Notes under the pieces: model-generated
Told to the model about the DNA's origin: nothing
The model's database searches: none
The model's input: only the letters and a program-made list of their open reading frames with translations
Part shown: positions 1 to 14,468 of the stretch, piece by piece
How positions within the stretch are numbered: position 1 is the first letter of the stretch
Layout of the letters: each line of letters begins with the position of its first letter
Made by a program: the position numbers and the translations under genes
Source: the human T2T-CHM13v2.0 reference genome, Homo sapiens
Assembly: GCF_009914755.1 (NCBI RefSeq)
Contig: NC_060926.1
Direction: 5' to 3' (one strand)
Length of the DNA: 64,000 nucleotides

Positions 1-503
<503 letters not shown>

Positions 504-1250
504 CATCTATTTAATGTTTTTGTGCCATTAACCAAATTCAGTTTAAAAGACACACACTGTCTTTTCTTCTGTCTAGTTATTGTACCTGATAATTACACCC
601 GTAGGAATAAACAAATATGGACTTTTGGGATCAATTTATCCTAAAGTTTTTGCATCATCAAGTAGAGACTAAGCTCCATTTTGGTGGCTAGTAACTGAAA
701 TCCACTTGAGCTGGCTTAAGCATCGAAGGAGAATTTATTCTAAAGACTGTTCATCTGCCCTCTGTCTGCTCTGTAGACCAACTTTCTCTGCTTCCCAAGC
801 CATACAATGGCAGGAGAAGGATTCTCATTGGCTTAGCTTTAGTCAGTTTTCCAACCACTGCCCCATCAATCACCTGTGACTAGCAAGGGTGAGGTCTCAT
901 AGAATCTATAAGTAAGCTTTCATTGTAACCAGGGGGATAGAAGGTGGGGCTAGGGGCAGATGAAACAAGAGGAAGACTGCAGATACGAATAAAGTGGGCT
1001 GTTCTGGTTGAAGGAGCTGGCTTCCTATGTAGCCCAGCACTGGGTACGTGGGCTTTGCTAAATGTTACATAAATTAAATGCAGTTATTCTTAGAAAACTC
1101 CTGGGACTATGTGTTAGGCATGTTTTTGTGCAAAGAACAATGATTTAATAACTGTACTGAACAAATGCATAGATGGAAAATTCAAGAGGCAGGTTTTCGA
1201 CTTTGTGTCCGTCACTATGATTTACTTAAGCGTATCCTTAAGAATCCTTT

Positions 1251-3047
1251 TCCCTCTCCCTCTCCCTCTCCTTCTCCCTCTCCCCCTCCCTCTCCCTCTC
1301 CCCACGGTCTCCCTCTCTTTCCACGGTCTCCCTCTCATGCGGAGCCAAAGCTGGACTGTACTGCTGCCATCTCGGCTCACTGCAACCTCCCTGCCTGATT
1401 CTCCTGCCTCAGCCTGCCGAGTGCCTGCGATTGCAGGCACGCGCCGCCACGCCTGACTGGTTTTGGTGGAGACGGGGTTTCGCTGTGTTGGCCGGCCGGT
1501 CTCCAGCCCCTAACCGCGAGTGATCCGCCAGCCTCGGCCTCCCGAGGTGCCGGGATTGCAGATGGAGTCTCGTTCACTCAGTGCTCAATGGTGCCCAGGC
1601 TGGAGTGCAGTGGCGTGATCTCGGCTCGCTACAACCTACACCTCCCAGCCACCTGCCTTGGCCTCCCAAAGTGCCGAGATTGCAGCCTCTGCCCGGCCGC
1701 CACCCCGTCTGGGAAGTGAGGAGTGTCTCTGCCTGGCCGTCCATCGTCTGGGATGTGAGGAGCCCCTCTGTCTGGCTGCCCAGTCTGGAAAGTGAGGAGC
1801 GTCTCCGCCCGGCCGCCATCCCATCTAGGAAGTGAGGAGCGCCTCTTCCCGGCCGCCATCACATCTAGGAAGTGAGGAGCGTCTCTGCCCGGCCACCCAT
1901 CGTCTGAGATGTGGGGAGCGCCTCTGCCCCGCCGCCCCATCTGGGATGTGAGGAGCGCCTCTGCCTGGCCGCGACCCCGTCTGGGAGGTGAGGAGCGTCT
2001 CTGCCCGGCCGCCCCGTCTGAGAAGTGAGGAGACCCTCTGCCTGGCAACCACCCCGTCTGAGAAGTGAGGAGCCCCTCCGCCCGGCAGCTGCCCCGTCTG
2101 AGAAGTGAGGAGCCTCTCCGCCCGGCAGCCACCCCATCTGGGAAGTGAGGAGCGTCTCCGCCCGGCAGCCGCCCCGTCCGGGAGGGAGGTGGGGGGTCAG
2201 CCCCCCCGCCCGGCCAGCCGCCCCGTCCAGGAGGTGAGGGGCGCCTCTGCCCGGCCGCCCCTACTGGGAAGTGAGGAGCCCCTCTGCCCGGCCAGCCGCC
2301 CCGTCCGGGAGGGAGGTGGGGGGGTCAGCCCACCGCCCGGCCAGCCGCCCCGTCCGGGAGGGAGGTGGGGGGGGTCAGCCCCCCCGCCCGGCCAGCCGCC
2401 CCGTCCGGGAGGTGAGGGGCGCCTCTGCCCGGCCGCCCCTACTGGGAAGTGAGGAGCCCCTCTGCCCTCTGGGCCCGTCTGGGAGGTGTGCCCAACAGCT
2501 CACTGAGAACGGGCCAGGATGACAATGGGGGCTTTGTGGAATAGAAAGGCGGGAAAGGTGGGGAAAAGATTGAGAAATCGGATGGTTGCCGTGTCTGTGT
2601 AGAAAGAGGTAGACGTGGGAGACTTTTCATTTTGTTCTGCACTAAGAAAGATTCTTCTGCCTTGGGATCCTGTTGATCTGTGACCTTACCCCCAACCCTG
2701 TGCTCTCTGAAACATGTGCTGTGTCCACTCAGGGTTAAATGGATTAAGGGCGGTGCAAGATGTGCTTTGTTAAACAGATGCTTGAAGGCAGCATGCTCGT
2801 TAAGAGTCATCACTACTCCCTAATCTCAAGTAATCAGGGACACAAACACTGCGGAAGGCCGCAGGGTCCTCTGCCTAGGAAAACCAGAGACCTTTGTTCA
2901 CTTGTTTATCTGCTGACCTTCCCTCCACTATTGTCCCATGACCCTGCCAAATCCCCCTCTGTGAGAAACACCCAAGAATTATCAATAAAAAAATAAATTA
3001 AAAAAAAAATGAAAACAAAACAAAACAAAACAAAACAAAACAAAAAA
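1251..3047 (+). mobile_element. Full-length SVA retrotransposon, SVA_F-like
   Basis: (CCCTCT)n hexamer 1251-1302; antisense Alu-like region to ~1690; GC-rich VNTR ~1690-2470; SINE-R ~2470-2990; AATAAA 2984-2989; A/(AAAAC)n tail; TSD AAGAATCCTTTTCC at 1240-1253 and 3048-3061. CTCATGCGGAGCC, GGTTTTGGTGGAGAC and AAGAATTATCAATAAA recall SVA_F. Confidence 0.97.
1690..2470 (+). repeat. SVA VNTR (about 35-50-bp GC-rich units)
   Basis: Tandem GTGAGGAGCG(C/T)CTCT(G/C)CCCGG...CCCCGTC(T/C)GGGA units with G-runs. Confidence 0.95.
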
Positions 3048-3994
3048 AAGAATCCTTTTCCTAAAAGCGTTTTGTTTTGGTCCTCATAGCTGGTTGATGG
3101 ACCAGTGAGTTCAGCCAAGCACAGGATCAGTAACTGGTAGGTCCAGTCAAACTCTAGAGTCCATGTGTGCATTTACCAATGGATTGAAGCAGCCACATAT
3201 CCCCTTAAATTTCCTTTGCCGTGTTCTCCACAAGTGGAAGGATGGGTGTGTTTGCAGCTCCAGTGTGGACAACTTGCAGTTTCCAAAGGATGCTTTTGGG
3301 GGTGCTACAAATTATAATTTTAAAGTACATCTCTGCAAGAGACTCTCACCTCCTCAAAGTGATCTGGGGACTCTGTATGAATATTGACATCTGGAAATAT
3401 TTCCTTGTATTGTAAAACTACTGTACATGTTTGGGGGCAAATGCAGCAGGAGCTGTAATCTCAAACTTCTTATTCAAAGTATTTTCTAGCTACTTAACAA
3501 TTTTGGTATTTTCATAATAATTAAATAGGCTGTGAGGATTGCTAATGGGTTTCTCCCAGGGGTTCCTTCTTTTCAAAGGTGTCTGGCAGATTTAGGTCAT
3601 ATGTTTTCTTCCTTTTGTGCTGAAAGGGAAAATAAGGAAAAGAAATAGAGAATTCCCAGTAAGAGTCTTTTCAGCTACTTCTACATTAGCTCAAACCAGC
3701 AGAGGTCTGCTCTGCCCATAGCTGTGGGAAACCTGTTAGAGTCTTTAAGGACCTGAGTGAGGAAGGGAGTTCCTGCCAACGGGGTCAGCCATTAGAGCTG
3801 GCTCTTGGTATTATTAGCGGGACCCTCATAGGGAAGCCACGGGGGCACTGGCCTGGGTTGGAACTCACCTTTAGCCCAACATTAGTCTTCACCTTCCCTG
3901 GATTTCTTTGGTCCAGGGAAACTTGTTGGAGGTGAAACCTCCCAGATAGAATCAGACTCAAGCAGAGAATCAATCCATCAAAATGCCTGGACGT

Positions 3995-4448
<454 letters not shown>

Positions 4449-4675
4449 GGATTAGTATTGCAAAGCTTTTCAACCCATTATCATAAACACATTTGTCAAC
4501 AGCAAATATTTGAGCATCTCTTGAAATGATGACTGACCTTTCCAAACAGCGTTCACATCCATTCCTTCATTTATGTCTGGAGATGGCGCTGAGAGGTATT
4601 CTGGCCTGCAGCTATCTCCAGAGGTTACCTAATGGCTCAAGGTCATTCTGCTTACAGTAGCAGTGGGGAGACACT

Positions 4676-4821
4676 CAGGACCTGCTATAGAATTTGGAGG
4701 CCCTAGGGCAAAATGAAAATATGGAGCCTATGTTCAAAAATTAACCGTTGTAAGACTGCAACAGCAGAGGATTAAACCACGGATGGAGTCTTCTACAAGC
4801 AAGCCCATGAAGCTGGCTCCG
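4676..4821. mobile_element. MER45A-like hAT MITE
   Basis: GCAAAATGAAAAT...TGTTCAAAAATT...CAGCAGAGGATTAAACC...GCCCATGAAGCTGG. Confidence 0.65.
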
Positions 4822-5694
4822 GGTAGACTAGGTGCATCAGCTCCAGGGGCTCTCAGGCTGACCCCAGTCTGCCACCTCTCTGCCTACTCCCAGATGCTGC
4901 TGGGGAGCACTGTTGCCATGGACCGGCAGATTCTCTGGATTTCAAGGGTCTAAGGCTGCTCCCAGCCTGGTTGCTTGGGATTTCTTTTGCAGCATTTCTG
5001 CTGGAAGCAGCACTCTGCCCAAGGCCTTCTCCTGGGAACTCTAAGCACCATGGGAACAACTTGCTCCTTCCTGACATGACCTTGACTCTGACTGTTTATG
5101 ACCTCCACCTGGAGCTTTAGTGACAGGCCCCCAAAGCAACGCCGCGGAAGTCGTTTATCTCTTCCTTCCTGCAGTCCTTTGGGTATCTGAAGATGGCTCT
5201 CCCATTTCCCACTCGTGTTTCTTCGGCAAGCCACGTGCTGCCTTTCTTAACATGTGCTGAGAACAGATATGGCTTTCCAGGTATGGTCAGTGTGGGAGGA
5301 TGACTACGTCAGGGGTCATTCAGACAGCAGTGAACACCCACTGTGGCTGAGGTGCCAGGAACACAGAAACAAATATGAGGACTGGCCCTCGACCTGCAGG
5401 CTGGGGCCACAGGTGTGAGTGCTCCCAGCATGGATGGGAAGAGCATGAACAGGGAGCTGCGGGAAGTGGGCTGGGGTACAGAGGGCTTGGGAGTGCATCT
5501 CAGAGGCATGAGCACTTGAGTGGGGCCTGCATCGAGGAAGGGGAACTCATGTGCAGAGCGTTCTGGGCGGTGAACATGGGGCAGAAATTGGTGTGGTGGG
5601 GGTCATAAGGTGCGGTGTGGGGGAGCTGGCCTGTGTGAGTTTATCTGAGGCAGACAGAGGCCAGGGACTAGGTTGTGAAAACCTCTGCCTGAGA

Positions 5695-6043
5695 GCCTGC
5701 CTGCATGCTAGAATCACTGGGAGCTGCCAAGAACTTTCCAGTGCCTGTGCCCATCCCAGGCCAGTTAGACTGGAATCTCTGGGGAGGCCAGGGATGGGAG
5801 TTTTGGAAAGCTCCTCAGGGGCCTCTGATATTCAGCACCGTATAGAGCAGGGGTTCTCAAAGTGGGGCCCTGGACTGACAGCACCAGTATTGCTTGGGAA
5901 CATGTTAGAAATGCAAGTTCTCAGGTCCCGCCTCAAACCGAGGAATCAGAGACTTGGGGGCAGGGGGTGTGGGGGCCCAGTCAGCTGCATCTTAGTCAGC
6001 CCTCTGGGTGACTCTGATGCATTAATGAGTTTGAGAACCATTA
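5695..6043. mobile_element. MER5B/MER5A hAT-Charlie MITEs
   Basis: GGTTCTCAAAGTG...TGTTAGAAATGCA...GTGACTCTGATGCA...GTTTGAGAACCA (5848-6043), with an older MER5-like copy upstream. Confidence 0.75.
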
Positions 6044-6854
6044 TCCTCAGAGCTGACACTTTTGGGACAGAAGATCCAGGAAGACTTGCTGTTTTTTCTG
6101 TTTTCTGTCCTGTGGCGCACCTTCCCTGAGGCACTGAAGGACTGAATCAGCCACTTGCCTGGGCATGGGTAGGGAAAGGGGAAAATGTAAGGAGGAGAAA
6201 AATCCATACATGAATGTCTCAAAATATTATCCAGCCATAGATAAGCTCCCGGACCTTGCAAAGGCGGGCAGATTCTGTGCCTGCAGCTCTCAGTGACCCT
6301 CGCGGGAGTGTGAGGGGACTCACTGGGGCCTGGGCTGCCATTCTAACAGGGACTGGGGTGAGGGTGCAGAGGTCTCCCTCCAGCCAGTCTGGGTGCACAG
6401 ATCCTGCCTCCTGGTAATGTGCTTGCTCCTTCCTGCAAAAGCTGCTGGGCCCAGGCCCTCCGGGAAGATGGGACATTTTCTGTCACTGCTCCCAGGAACG
6501 TCTGAGTCCACTGGTGCCCAGGGTGCCATCTACCCATCCCTGGAGGCTAAGCCTGTGAGGCTATCTCACATCTCTCAGAGGTGCTGAGGACATAGGAAGG
6601 AAGGGAAGGACCTGACTGTTTTGGAGACAGTCATGGTGTGGGTTGAAGTGAGGCGAGCAGGCACCCCCTGTCTAGGGACCAGTGACCCTCAGAACCCTCT
6701 CACCTCATCTGCCTGCCTCACTCCTGTTGGCACCATTGAGAGCTTGGCTGCCGGCACCCTGGACTTTTGGCAGGTTACTTCGTGTTCCCAAGCCTTGGGG
6801 TCCTCACCACCCAACCGGACTCAGCAGCTTTGGAGAGAGAGGATGCATGGTTTA

Positions 6855-7177
6855 CCACTGACTGGGGGGCTTAGCCTACAGAAATGTATTTGCTCACAGC
6901 TCTGGAGGCTGGAGGCCTGAATTGAAGGCATTGGCAGGGTGGTTTCTCCTGAGGCTGCTCTCCTTGGCCAGCAGGTGGCTGTCTTCTCCCTGGGTCCTCC
7001 CATGGCTGTCTCTCATCTCCTCTTCTTGTAAGGACAGCAGCCATATTGGATCAGAACCCACCCTCATGAGCTCACTTTACCCTGTTACCTCCTTAAAGAC
7101 CCTATTTCCCAAAACAGTCCCATTCTTCCACCAAAGAATTTTGGGGGGGGGACACATGTACATTACAACCCATAACA
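6855..7177 (-). mobile_element. MaLR LTR (MLT1A-like)
   Basis: CTCACAGCTCTGGAGGCTGG...TCTTCTTGTAAGGACA...AACCCATAACA. Confidence 0.8.
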
Positions 7178-9384
7178 ACGGTAAATAGCTAATTGTTTGC
7201 TAAATCCAGGCAGCTGGTACAATTCTGTGACTCTCAGTTCTCTGGGAAGCCCTGCCCGACCCCACAGTCTGGGCTGTGGGGCCCCTCTGTGCTCTCCTAG
7301 CCCCTGGGTGCCTTCCCGAGGGCAGCCATCACACAACTGGCCACTGTAGGTTTATGTGCTGGTTTTCTCCCCTGGACCTGGAGTGCCTGCTGACAGCATC
7401 TGTCTCTGTCTCTGTGTGGATCCAAGTACCAGATCTCGTTGCTGGGGCCTTTCCATGCTCTTAGCATCCCCATGCTGCCCTCCATGCTGCTGGGAGGTCG
7501 TTGCTTCCTCCAACCCTGTCATCCTCTCTGTCTAGTCCCTGTGTCTCCTCCCTCACAGTTAACAGCAGCAAGGGGATGGTGGGGACGCGGGAAGGGGAGG
7601 AAGAGGGGGAGATGGGCATTGAGGGATGGGCAGGGGATGATGGATGGCAGAGGGCGCAGTGGCAGAGGGGAACGGGTAGCAGTGACGCCAATTACAACAG
7701 AATATCTGCGGGTGGGGTTCGGGCATTGGTATTTTAAAGAAAACTCAGGAGATGCTGATGTGCAACCAAGGCAGAAGACACTTACTGTTGGACTCACCCC
7801 CATCAGCTGCAGATGGGAGAAATGCCTCTCTGGCTTTTGGGTCCAGAGACTAGGGACTTCCTTTCACCTGTGAACAAGCAGCCTGCATTGGCTGCAGCTG
7901 AGATCATTTCCTTTCTGAGTAATGTGATGTTTTAAGTGACTGCGCAGAAAGTCTGTTGTTGCAAAACCGAGTATTACTGCCAGTGATTAAAACACTAGCA
8001 GCACCTTAACATTATTTTCATGCTGATGAATAATTTAATTTTTAACTTAATGTTGCATTAATGTTGCTGTGCATATCATTACCTTCCTTTTTATTTCAAG
8101 GAAAAATATAGCAAAATACTTGAGTTGTCAAAAGGGCCTGGGATTCTCATAACTGGGGCTTCAGACAGGGGAGTGCTGATGGGGAACAAATTTGACTCTA
8201 AGGCCTTTATCTGAGAAGAGCCTGGGCACTGATGGAGAGTGGAGGATGAACTGGGCAGCACAGCTGGGAGGCTGATGGAAACAACCTCTGAAGCCAGAGT
8301 TGAAAATATTTTTCAGAGTTTCACATACTTCTGATCCATGATGTCAGCTAATCCAAGAAATTGTTCATTCTCAAAATTTGAGTTTGTTTGCACCTTGAAG
8401 TCACAGAGGCCCTTCAGTCTGCATGTTTTTTCTTTCCAGATGTATTTTGGATCGATTTGTCTATGATTGGCCCCTCAAACATGAGGATGGGGCGGGGCAT
8501 GGAAAAGCTCTGTTTTGGTGATTTTGTGTGTGAGACTCAGCCCTTGAGGAGCTGAGAATCCTGTCCAGAGGAACAGACATCAATTACAAACAAAGTTTAA
8601 ACAGAGAAAAGGATTAGGAACATAGTGGAGGAATATGTAAACTGGCCTAAAGAGTGGGAGCATCTGTAACACTTTCTAAGTGGAGGTCACATTTCATTTG
8701 GGGTTTTGAAGGATGAATAAGATTTGCTAGAAGAAGCAGGCAGGGGATAGTGGTGATGAAAATGGTGATGAAAAAAGGCAGAGAAAACAACATTGCATTT
8801 CTCTCAGTGCCCAGGGAGTGGATAGGGCTGACAGGAGTGAGAAGAAGCTGTCAGGAGGTCCAGCTTGAGTGAGCCTGATGGGTGCTCCTGACTCTTTCCT
8901 TGTGGGGCCAGAGTATGGCTACTTAGTAGGAAGAACCTGGACTTTGGGGTTAAAGAGACTTGGTATTGAATCCTGGCTCTGCCTTTGCTAGCCACGAGGA
9001 ACCGGGCGTGTTGTTTTTCTTCTCAGAGCCTTGGTTTTCTCATCCTACTTATTGTGGTTGATAATGAGACTATTGCCAGAGCCCAAGGGGTTATTCCAGA
9101 AGCAGAGGTCATCCTGGTAGGCCAGTGCCTGTGAACATCCCAGGCAAGGGCATCAGGTGGAGATGATGGGCAGAGGCAAGTTTGTGAATGGGACTGTCTG
9201 TTGGGGGAGGGAGAGGGACTCCAGACCTGGGGATCCCAGAGGATTCCTAGTGGGGAGGCCACAGTCAAAGACACAGGCCTGTGGTCAGAACCCCGGAACC
9301 CAATAGGGAAGCCACTGTAGAATGGCACCATGGCGGTGCCTGGCACTGTTCTGCACTATCCATAGCTGAGCCCATCTGACCTTC

Positions 9385-9535
9385 ATACCTTTCCCATGAG
9401 GTAGGAGCTATTTTATCCTTTATTATATAGGATGGGAAATTGGGTCTTAGAGAGGGGAAGTGACTGTCCAAGGTCTCACAGACAGCAAGAGGCAGGGGTG
9501 GGATCTGGACACAGGCATTCTGACTCCAGGACCTG
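9385..9535 (-). mobile_element. MIR
   Basis: ATGAGGTAGG...AGAGAGGGGAAGTGACTGTCCAAGGTCTCACAG. Confidence 0.7.
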
Positions 9536-10914
9536 AGCCTGTGCCTGGTGACTTTCGGGGGCAAAGTCACCTCTGCATCTCTGATCGTCCTCCTCTTGCC
9601 TCTCTGTGGTGGCCTCACTGGGTCTGCATGTTCTGAACTGGGGGTTGGATGATGCAGGATCTCCATTAGGAACTGGGGGCTTTGCAGACCTCAGCTGCTG
9701 TTCATGACTTTTCTCTGCATACCCTGTGAAGGTAGGAGCCCCGTCTGCTCACATCGACGGCCTTATACGAATATGTGGATTTAGAGCTGGCTTGTCTTGG
9801 AGGCCACGACAGAAACTTCAAGCAGGGGCCGAAAGAGTGGCGTAACAGGGTGTGCTGAAGTTAGGAAGTTAGAAGAGAGAGGGGGCCCAGGGGCGGGGGA
9901 CCAGGGAAGGCTTCCTGGAGGAGGAGGTGAGGCTGGAGAGTGACTTTCAAGGGCAGGAGGACTTGAGGATAAGCTGAAGATGTAATTATGCCAGAGAAAG
10001 GTATAAATTCCCCAAGTAAGATGAAGCTAATTGAAATGTCAGCTCCATCACCTCTGCTCTCACACAGAGCCAGGCTCTGCTACGCCTCATAAGAGCCCTG
10101 CTGGAAACGATGGCCGTGAAGTGTTTTTTTAATTGGACAAAGCACTGATTTAGGCAATGCCTCTTTTGCATAGATTTAAAAAAAATGTAAATTGCTTAAT
10201 CTTGGTTGGCTTGATGAAGCGAGTGCTTCTAAGGGGACTGTGGGAAGACCTGGAATTTCTCTTCACCCCATTGGGCTTGCCTAATAGGAAATCAAATCTC
10301 ATCAAGGCGTTTACCTGCTGTGGCAGAGGCTGTGATGAGGGGCTCCCAGCATGCCCTGAGCAACATGGGTACAGGCAACCTCCCTGAACTTCTAGAAGCA
10401 GAGGGGTGAAGAGGGGCGGGAGAAGGGGCAACGCTGGAGGAGTTGTCAAATTGTCACTCCTTGAGGAAAAGCGGGGGACTGAGGCTGAGTTCCAGGGCCA
10501 GATTCCTAGGCTCTGAGACTCTGGCCTGCACCTGAATAGGAGACGGCCCTGTGACCTTGTGCTGATGGGTCTGACACAAGCTCAACACCTCACTTGGAAT
10601 AATAACTGCCACTACTGAACATCCACTCCAGGAGAGACATTTCACCTGTTACATTCTCACCACCATCCCATGCAGCAGTTAAGGATTATCTGCATTAACT
10701 GATGAGCAACTTGAGGTTTGGGAAACATAAAGAAACCTGACCAGGGTTATACAGCTAGTGTGTAGGGGACAGCATGTGCTCTGGGAGCCTCTGTCTTCCC
10801 AAATCCAGACTCCACGTTGCTTTTTGTGGGTTGAACCAGATGGGGTCCCAAGGCCCCTAGCAGATCTGCTGTCTGCATAGTCCTCTTGGTTTTGCCCCTC
10901 ATGTAATATATAGG

Positions 10915-11006
10915 TGTCTTAAGTCTGTTTGGGTGTCTATCACAAAATATCATAGACTGGGTAATTTTGAAACAACAGAAAAGTATTTATCACAGTTCTG
11001 GAGGCT
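10915..11006 (-). mobile_element. MaLR (MST/MLT1) LTR fragment
   Basis: CATAGACTGGGTAATTT...AACAACAGAAA...TCACAGTTCTGGAGGCT. Confidence 0.7.
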
Positions 11007-13221
11007 CTGGGGGGCTTCTGGGCACCCCACCACTCATGACAACACTGTGTAGACAGTAATATGTGTTTTCATTCCCCCAGCGGGTCACCAGGCAGCAGGT
11101 AATGAGGGTCACCAGGTGCCAGGATGGGTGCCACGATTGTTCACCAATCAGCCAACTTTACAATCCAGCTTCAGAAACTTCCAAGTTGAACATTTAGAAT
11201 CAGTTAAAATATTAGGATCTAGCTCTGGGAAGTGAAGTTTATAGGGTAAGAACTGCTTAGAAGTTTTGATTCCAATAATTAGAATTATAAACTAAGCCCC
11301 CATTTCTTACACTATTTTAGCACCATCAGGCTTGGCCAAGAAACCCGTTGGAGTTACAATTTGCACTGCCTACAAAACAGACTCAGAATGATCTCAAAAT
11401 CAAGCCTCGAGACCCGATTAGCTCAGCTGGATGTGATCTGGAATGAAGAAGCATCAGACACTGGGGGGCGCTTCTTGAACAGGCACTGGGCTAGACAGCC
11501 CAGACCTCGCGGAAACAAAGCGGGAAGGGGCCGCTCCTGGGGAGTTTTTCCCAGCTTCCCTGGGCCGGTGAGGGGTCCTGGCGTCCTGAACTGGAGATGC
11601 TCCTTAGAGGGCACTGCTTCAGCCACCCCTGCCTTAGCATACATACGGGTCCCACAGGGGTCCTTCGACACCAGCTCATCGTCTGGGTTCCACCATCCAC
11701 CCACGCACTCATTTGGCAGCTATCAACGGAGTATTCACAGTACGCTGCTCACAGTTCTAACCGCGGAGGATAGAGTTGAGGCCCACACGACAGCCCCTGC
11801 TCTCACAGAACTGATGTCTCTAGAAGAGTCTTCCCTCAGTGAGAACGTTCTGATTTCTAGAACATTCTTTCTTCTGATGAGTGAACAGCCTCACCGGAAC
11901 TTCCCCATCCTCCTGGCTTGGTTCCTGAAGTGGCCCAAGGCTGCCTTCTCCCTCCCGTGGGTGAACAGGGTCACTGCTTCCTCTCTTGTCCAGGCCCCCT
12001 GGCCTGACCCTGAGTCCCGGGCGTAACGGCGTTGTTGAACCACCACAACCCCAGGCGGCGCCTTCCTCTTGGCCCAGGGGCTCTCTTGGGGACAGTGTGC
12101 AGTACTCCCCAAGGGGGCTTTGCTGTGCAAAAGCAGCCCCTGCCGATGCTGCGGCTCCCGTGGATGGAGCACTGCCGTGGGAACAGAGTTGGAACTCATC
12201 CAAAAGGTATCACTTAGAATTACCTCTGTGAGATGGGAGAAGGTTGAAGGAAGGTGGTGAATGGGGTTAGGAGAAACAGAGAGATGGGAAGGGGGGCAGC
12301 TGCTGGTGCCTCCACCCTTCCTTCTGTCCCTTTCAGCCATCTTCCCGGCCAGGTGCACTGAGGCTTTCCACACCCAAGTCCAAAGGGTGTTGCTGCTTTC
12401 CCTCAGTGTCTGGGTGCCAGCTGTTATGCCGGGCGCCAGGAACATGCGATGCTGAACACCCTAGCCCCTCCCCTCCTGGAGCCTGACCCGCTGAGGGAGC
12501 CAGAGCCGGGCAGACGTCTAGGAATGTGGTGAGGGACCGGGCAGGGTATGCACTCGGCACCAGGAGCACAGGGGAAGGGATAGTTTTTGCGACCTCAGGG
12601 TTTGGGGAAGGCTTTCTGGAGGAAGAAATGTGAGAGCATAGAAGCAAAGTAGGCAGTTATCCTTCGTATAGGAGAGCAGGAGGGAAAGTCACTGCTGGTG
12701 CGTGGCAGCTGCAAGCAGTTTGCTTTAGTGCTAGGCTGCTGTGCGTAGAAGGGCATGGGGCACGAGGCTTTATTCTGCAGGGGACTTGGGGCTCCTACAG
12801 GAATTGGAGGTGCTGAGGAAGGGATGGGCTGGGGAGTAGTCTGCAGGACTTTTAGTCACAACCAGGTTTCTAAGGAATTCTGAGGCTTTGGGCAAAAAAA
12901 CCACAACCCTTTGAGCCTCAGTTTCTTAATTTCATCCTTTCACCCTGTCTCCTCCCTCCCTCCCACTTGATGCTGGCCCAGTTCTGGGAGCTGGAGAAGA
13001 TGACTGGCTTTCACCTTGAATGTCCAGGGTAGGAAGGAAGACTTGCGTGGTGGAGGTGGATAGTGGGCCCACCCCACTGCTGGTGTGTTCTGCAGCCTGT
13101 CATGCGGGTGTGTGGCACCCCACTCATTCCTCGGGTGGCCCAAGGCTGCCAGGGCTCTCTGGAGGGCATGCAGCCGAAGGTCATCCCTGCCTCTAGCTGG
13201 TCCCAGGATGGATAAGCACAG

Positions 13222-13404
13222 TTCTCCGGCTGGAATGCTTCAGCCAGGTTCTTAGAAAAATGGTCAAGTGGGCTCTGGGATCCTCACTTCTCTTTGTGGG
13301 ACCCAGCAGGATGGTGGAGCTGGGACCATCTTGGAGGAGGCAGAGCCTGGGGCAAATCACCTAAAACGTTAGACACAAGTCACACCAGCTAACCTACATG
13401 ATTG
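13222..13404 (+). repeat. Direct duplication, copy 1 (partner 14837-15016)
   Basis: Manual alignment: 5 substitutions plus one 3-bp indel over about 180 bp. Confidence 0.95.
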
Positions 13405-14109
13405 CTTTAGATCGATTGCAGTGCTTAGGGGCCAGACTCTGTGGGACTTTGAGCAGGTTGCTTCACCTCTGTTGAGTCTCAGTTTTCTCTTCCAGAAAAT
13501 GGGGATGTTAACAGGACTCACTGCACAGGATCAAGCTGGTTCATGAGCTAAGCCATGCTGGATGGTTAGCACAGGGCTGGTCCGAACAAAGGCAGCATAG
13601 ACGACCCTGACCTTGAGCAGGAAGGTGTGCCCTCTGCACACCAGCTGGAGACAAACTGCAGAACACCGGGCCCGGGCTTGAGGGCAGCCAGGGCACAGCA
13701 CACGGCTCAAACCCGAGGGCAGTGAGAGGGAGAAATTAGTCATGCCACTTTGAGTGGAACTATATTTGACTGCGGTTGGATGCTCTGGGTATGAGTTTGG
13801 AGCAGGTCCTGGCCAGCCTCTCTGACCCACGTGAATGTGTAACCTTTGGAGATGATCAAGCTTTTATGGGTGGAGTGCGGATGTAAAGTTCTCCAATGAA
13901 TGTTCTATAAATGCTTTTTATTAGCCACCACTTTATAATGTGAGAGCCATTGAATTAGGTATCCATTAGTGTCTACTCCCTGGGGAAGCAAGGATGCCTT
14001 CCCGAGGCATCCTTGGATGCTCTGGGGCTGGTTCAGCTTGGCAAGGAAAACATCCAAGTGACAGGTGGTTCTGGACTCAGGCAGGCAGTCTGCTCATATT
14101 TCTTTGTGG

Positions 14110-14135
<26 letters not shown>
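14110..14135. repeat. (TG)n microsatellite
   Basis: Direct inspection. Confidence 0.95.
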
Positions 14136-14140
<5 letters not shown>

Positions 14141-14215
14141 GTTGCCTTGTCAATGACTAGAATCAGAGGGAAGGGGACAGGCTTCTGGGTAACTTTAGCA
14201 GTAGGCAGAAGGCTG

Positions 14216-14468
14216 GGCAGGGCCTCTGTGTACAGTTGTGCAGGCTGTGCACTGCCCAAGGATACATTTAAGAGAGCATTGTTTATATCATAGAAACCAT
14301 AGATTGTATAGGTCTAGTATGACAATTCTGGGAAGTAGAAGTGAAGTGTCTCATTTTAATAAAAATCAGAAAATGGTGAGAATTTAAAAATGAATAGAAA
14401 TGAAGTGTCTGTGAAGGGGAACCTTTTGACTTTGTGCAGAGGTATCATATAGACTCCTAGCATCTCTG
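14216..14468. mobile_element. MER91-like hAT element
   Basis: CAGGGCC...TGTACAGTTGTGCAGGCTGTGCACTGC terminus. Confidence 0.5.

Noticed and set aside
1690-2470. Repeat-spacer-like array suggesting CRISPR
   Set aside because: Standard SVA VNTR: no unique spacers, no cas genes, mammalian DNA
1165-2996. Many overlapping Pro/Arg/Gly-rich ORFs
   Set aside because: All lie within the SVA; GC-rich VNTR frames lack stops by composition
5551-6129. 192-aa ORF
   Set aside because: Non-ATG start, runs through MER5 elements, no recognisable domain
11361-12026. 221-aa ORF and overlapping antisense ORFs
   Set aside because: TTG start, crosses an L2-like remnant, no recognisable motif; expected by chance in GC-rich DNA
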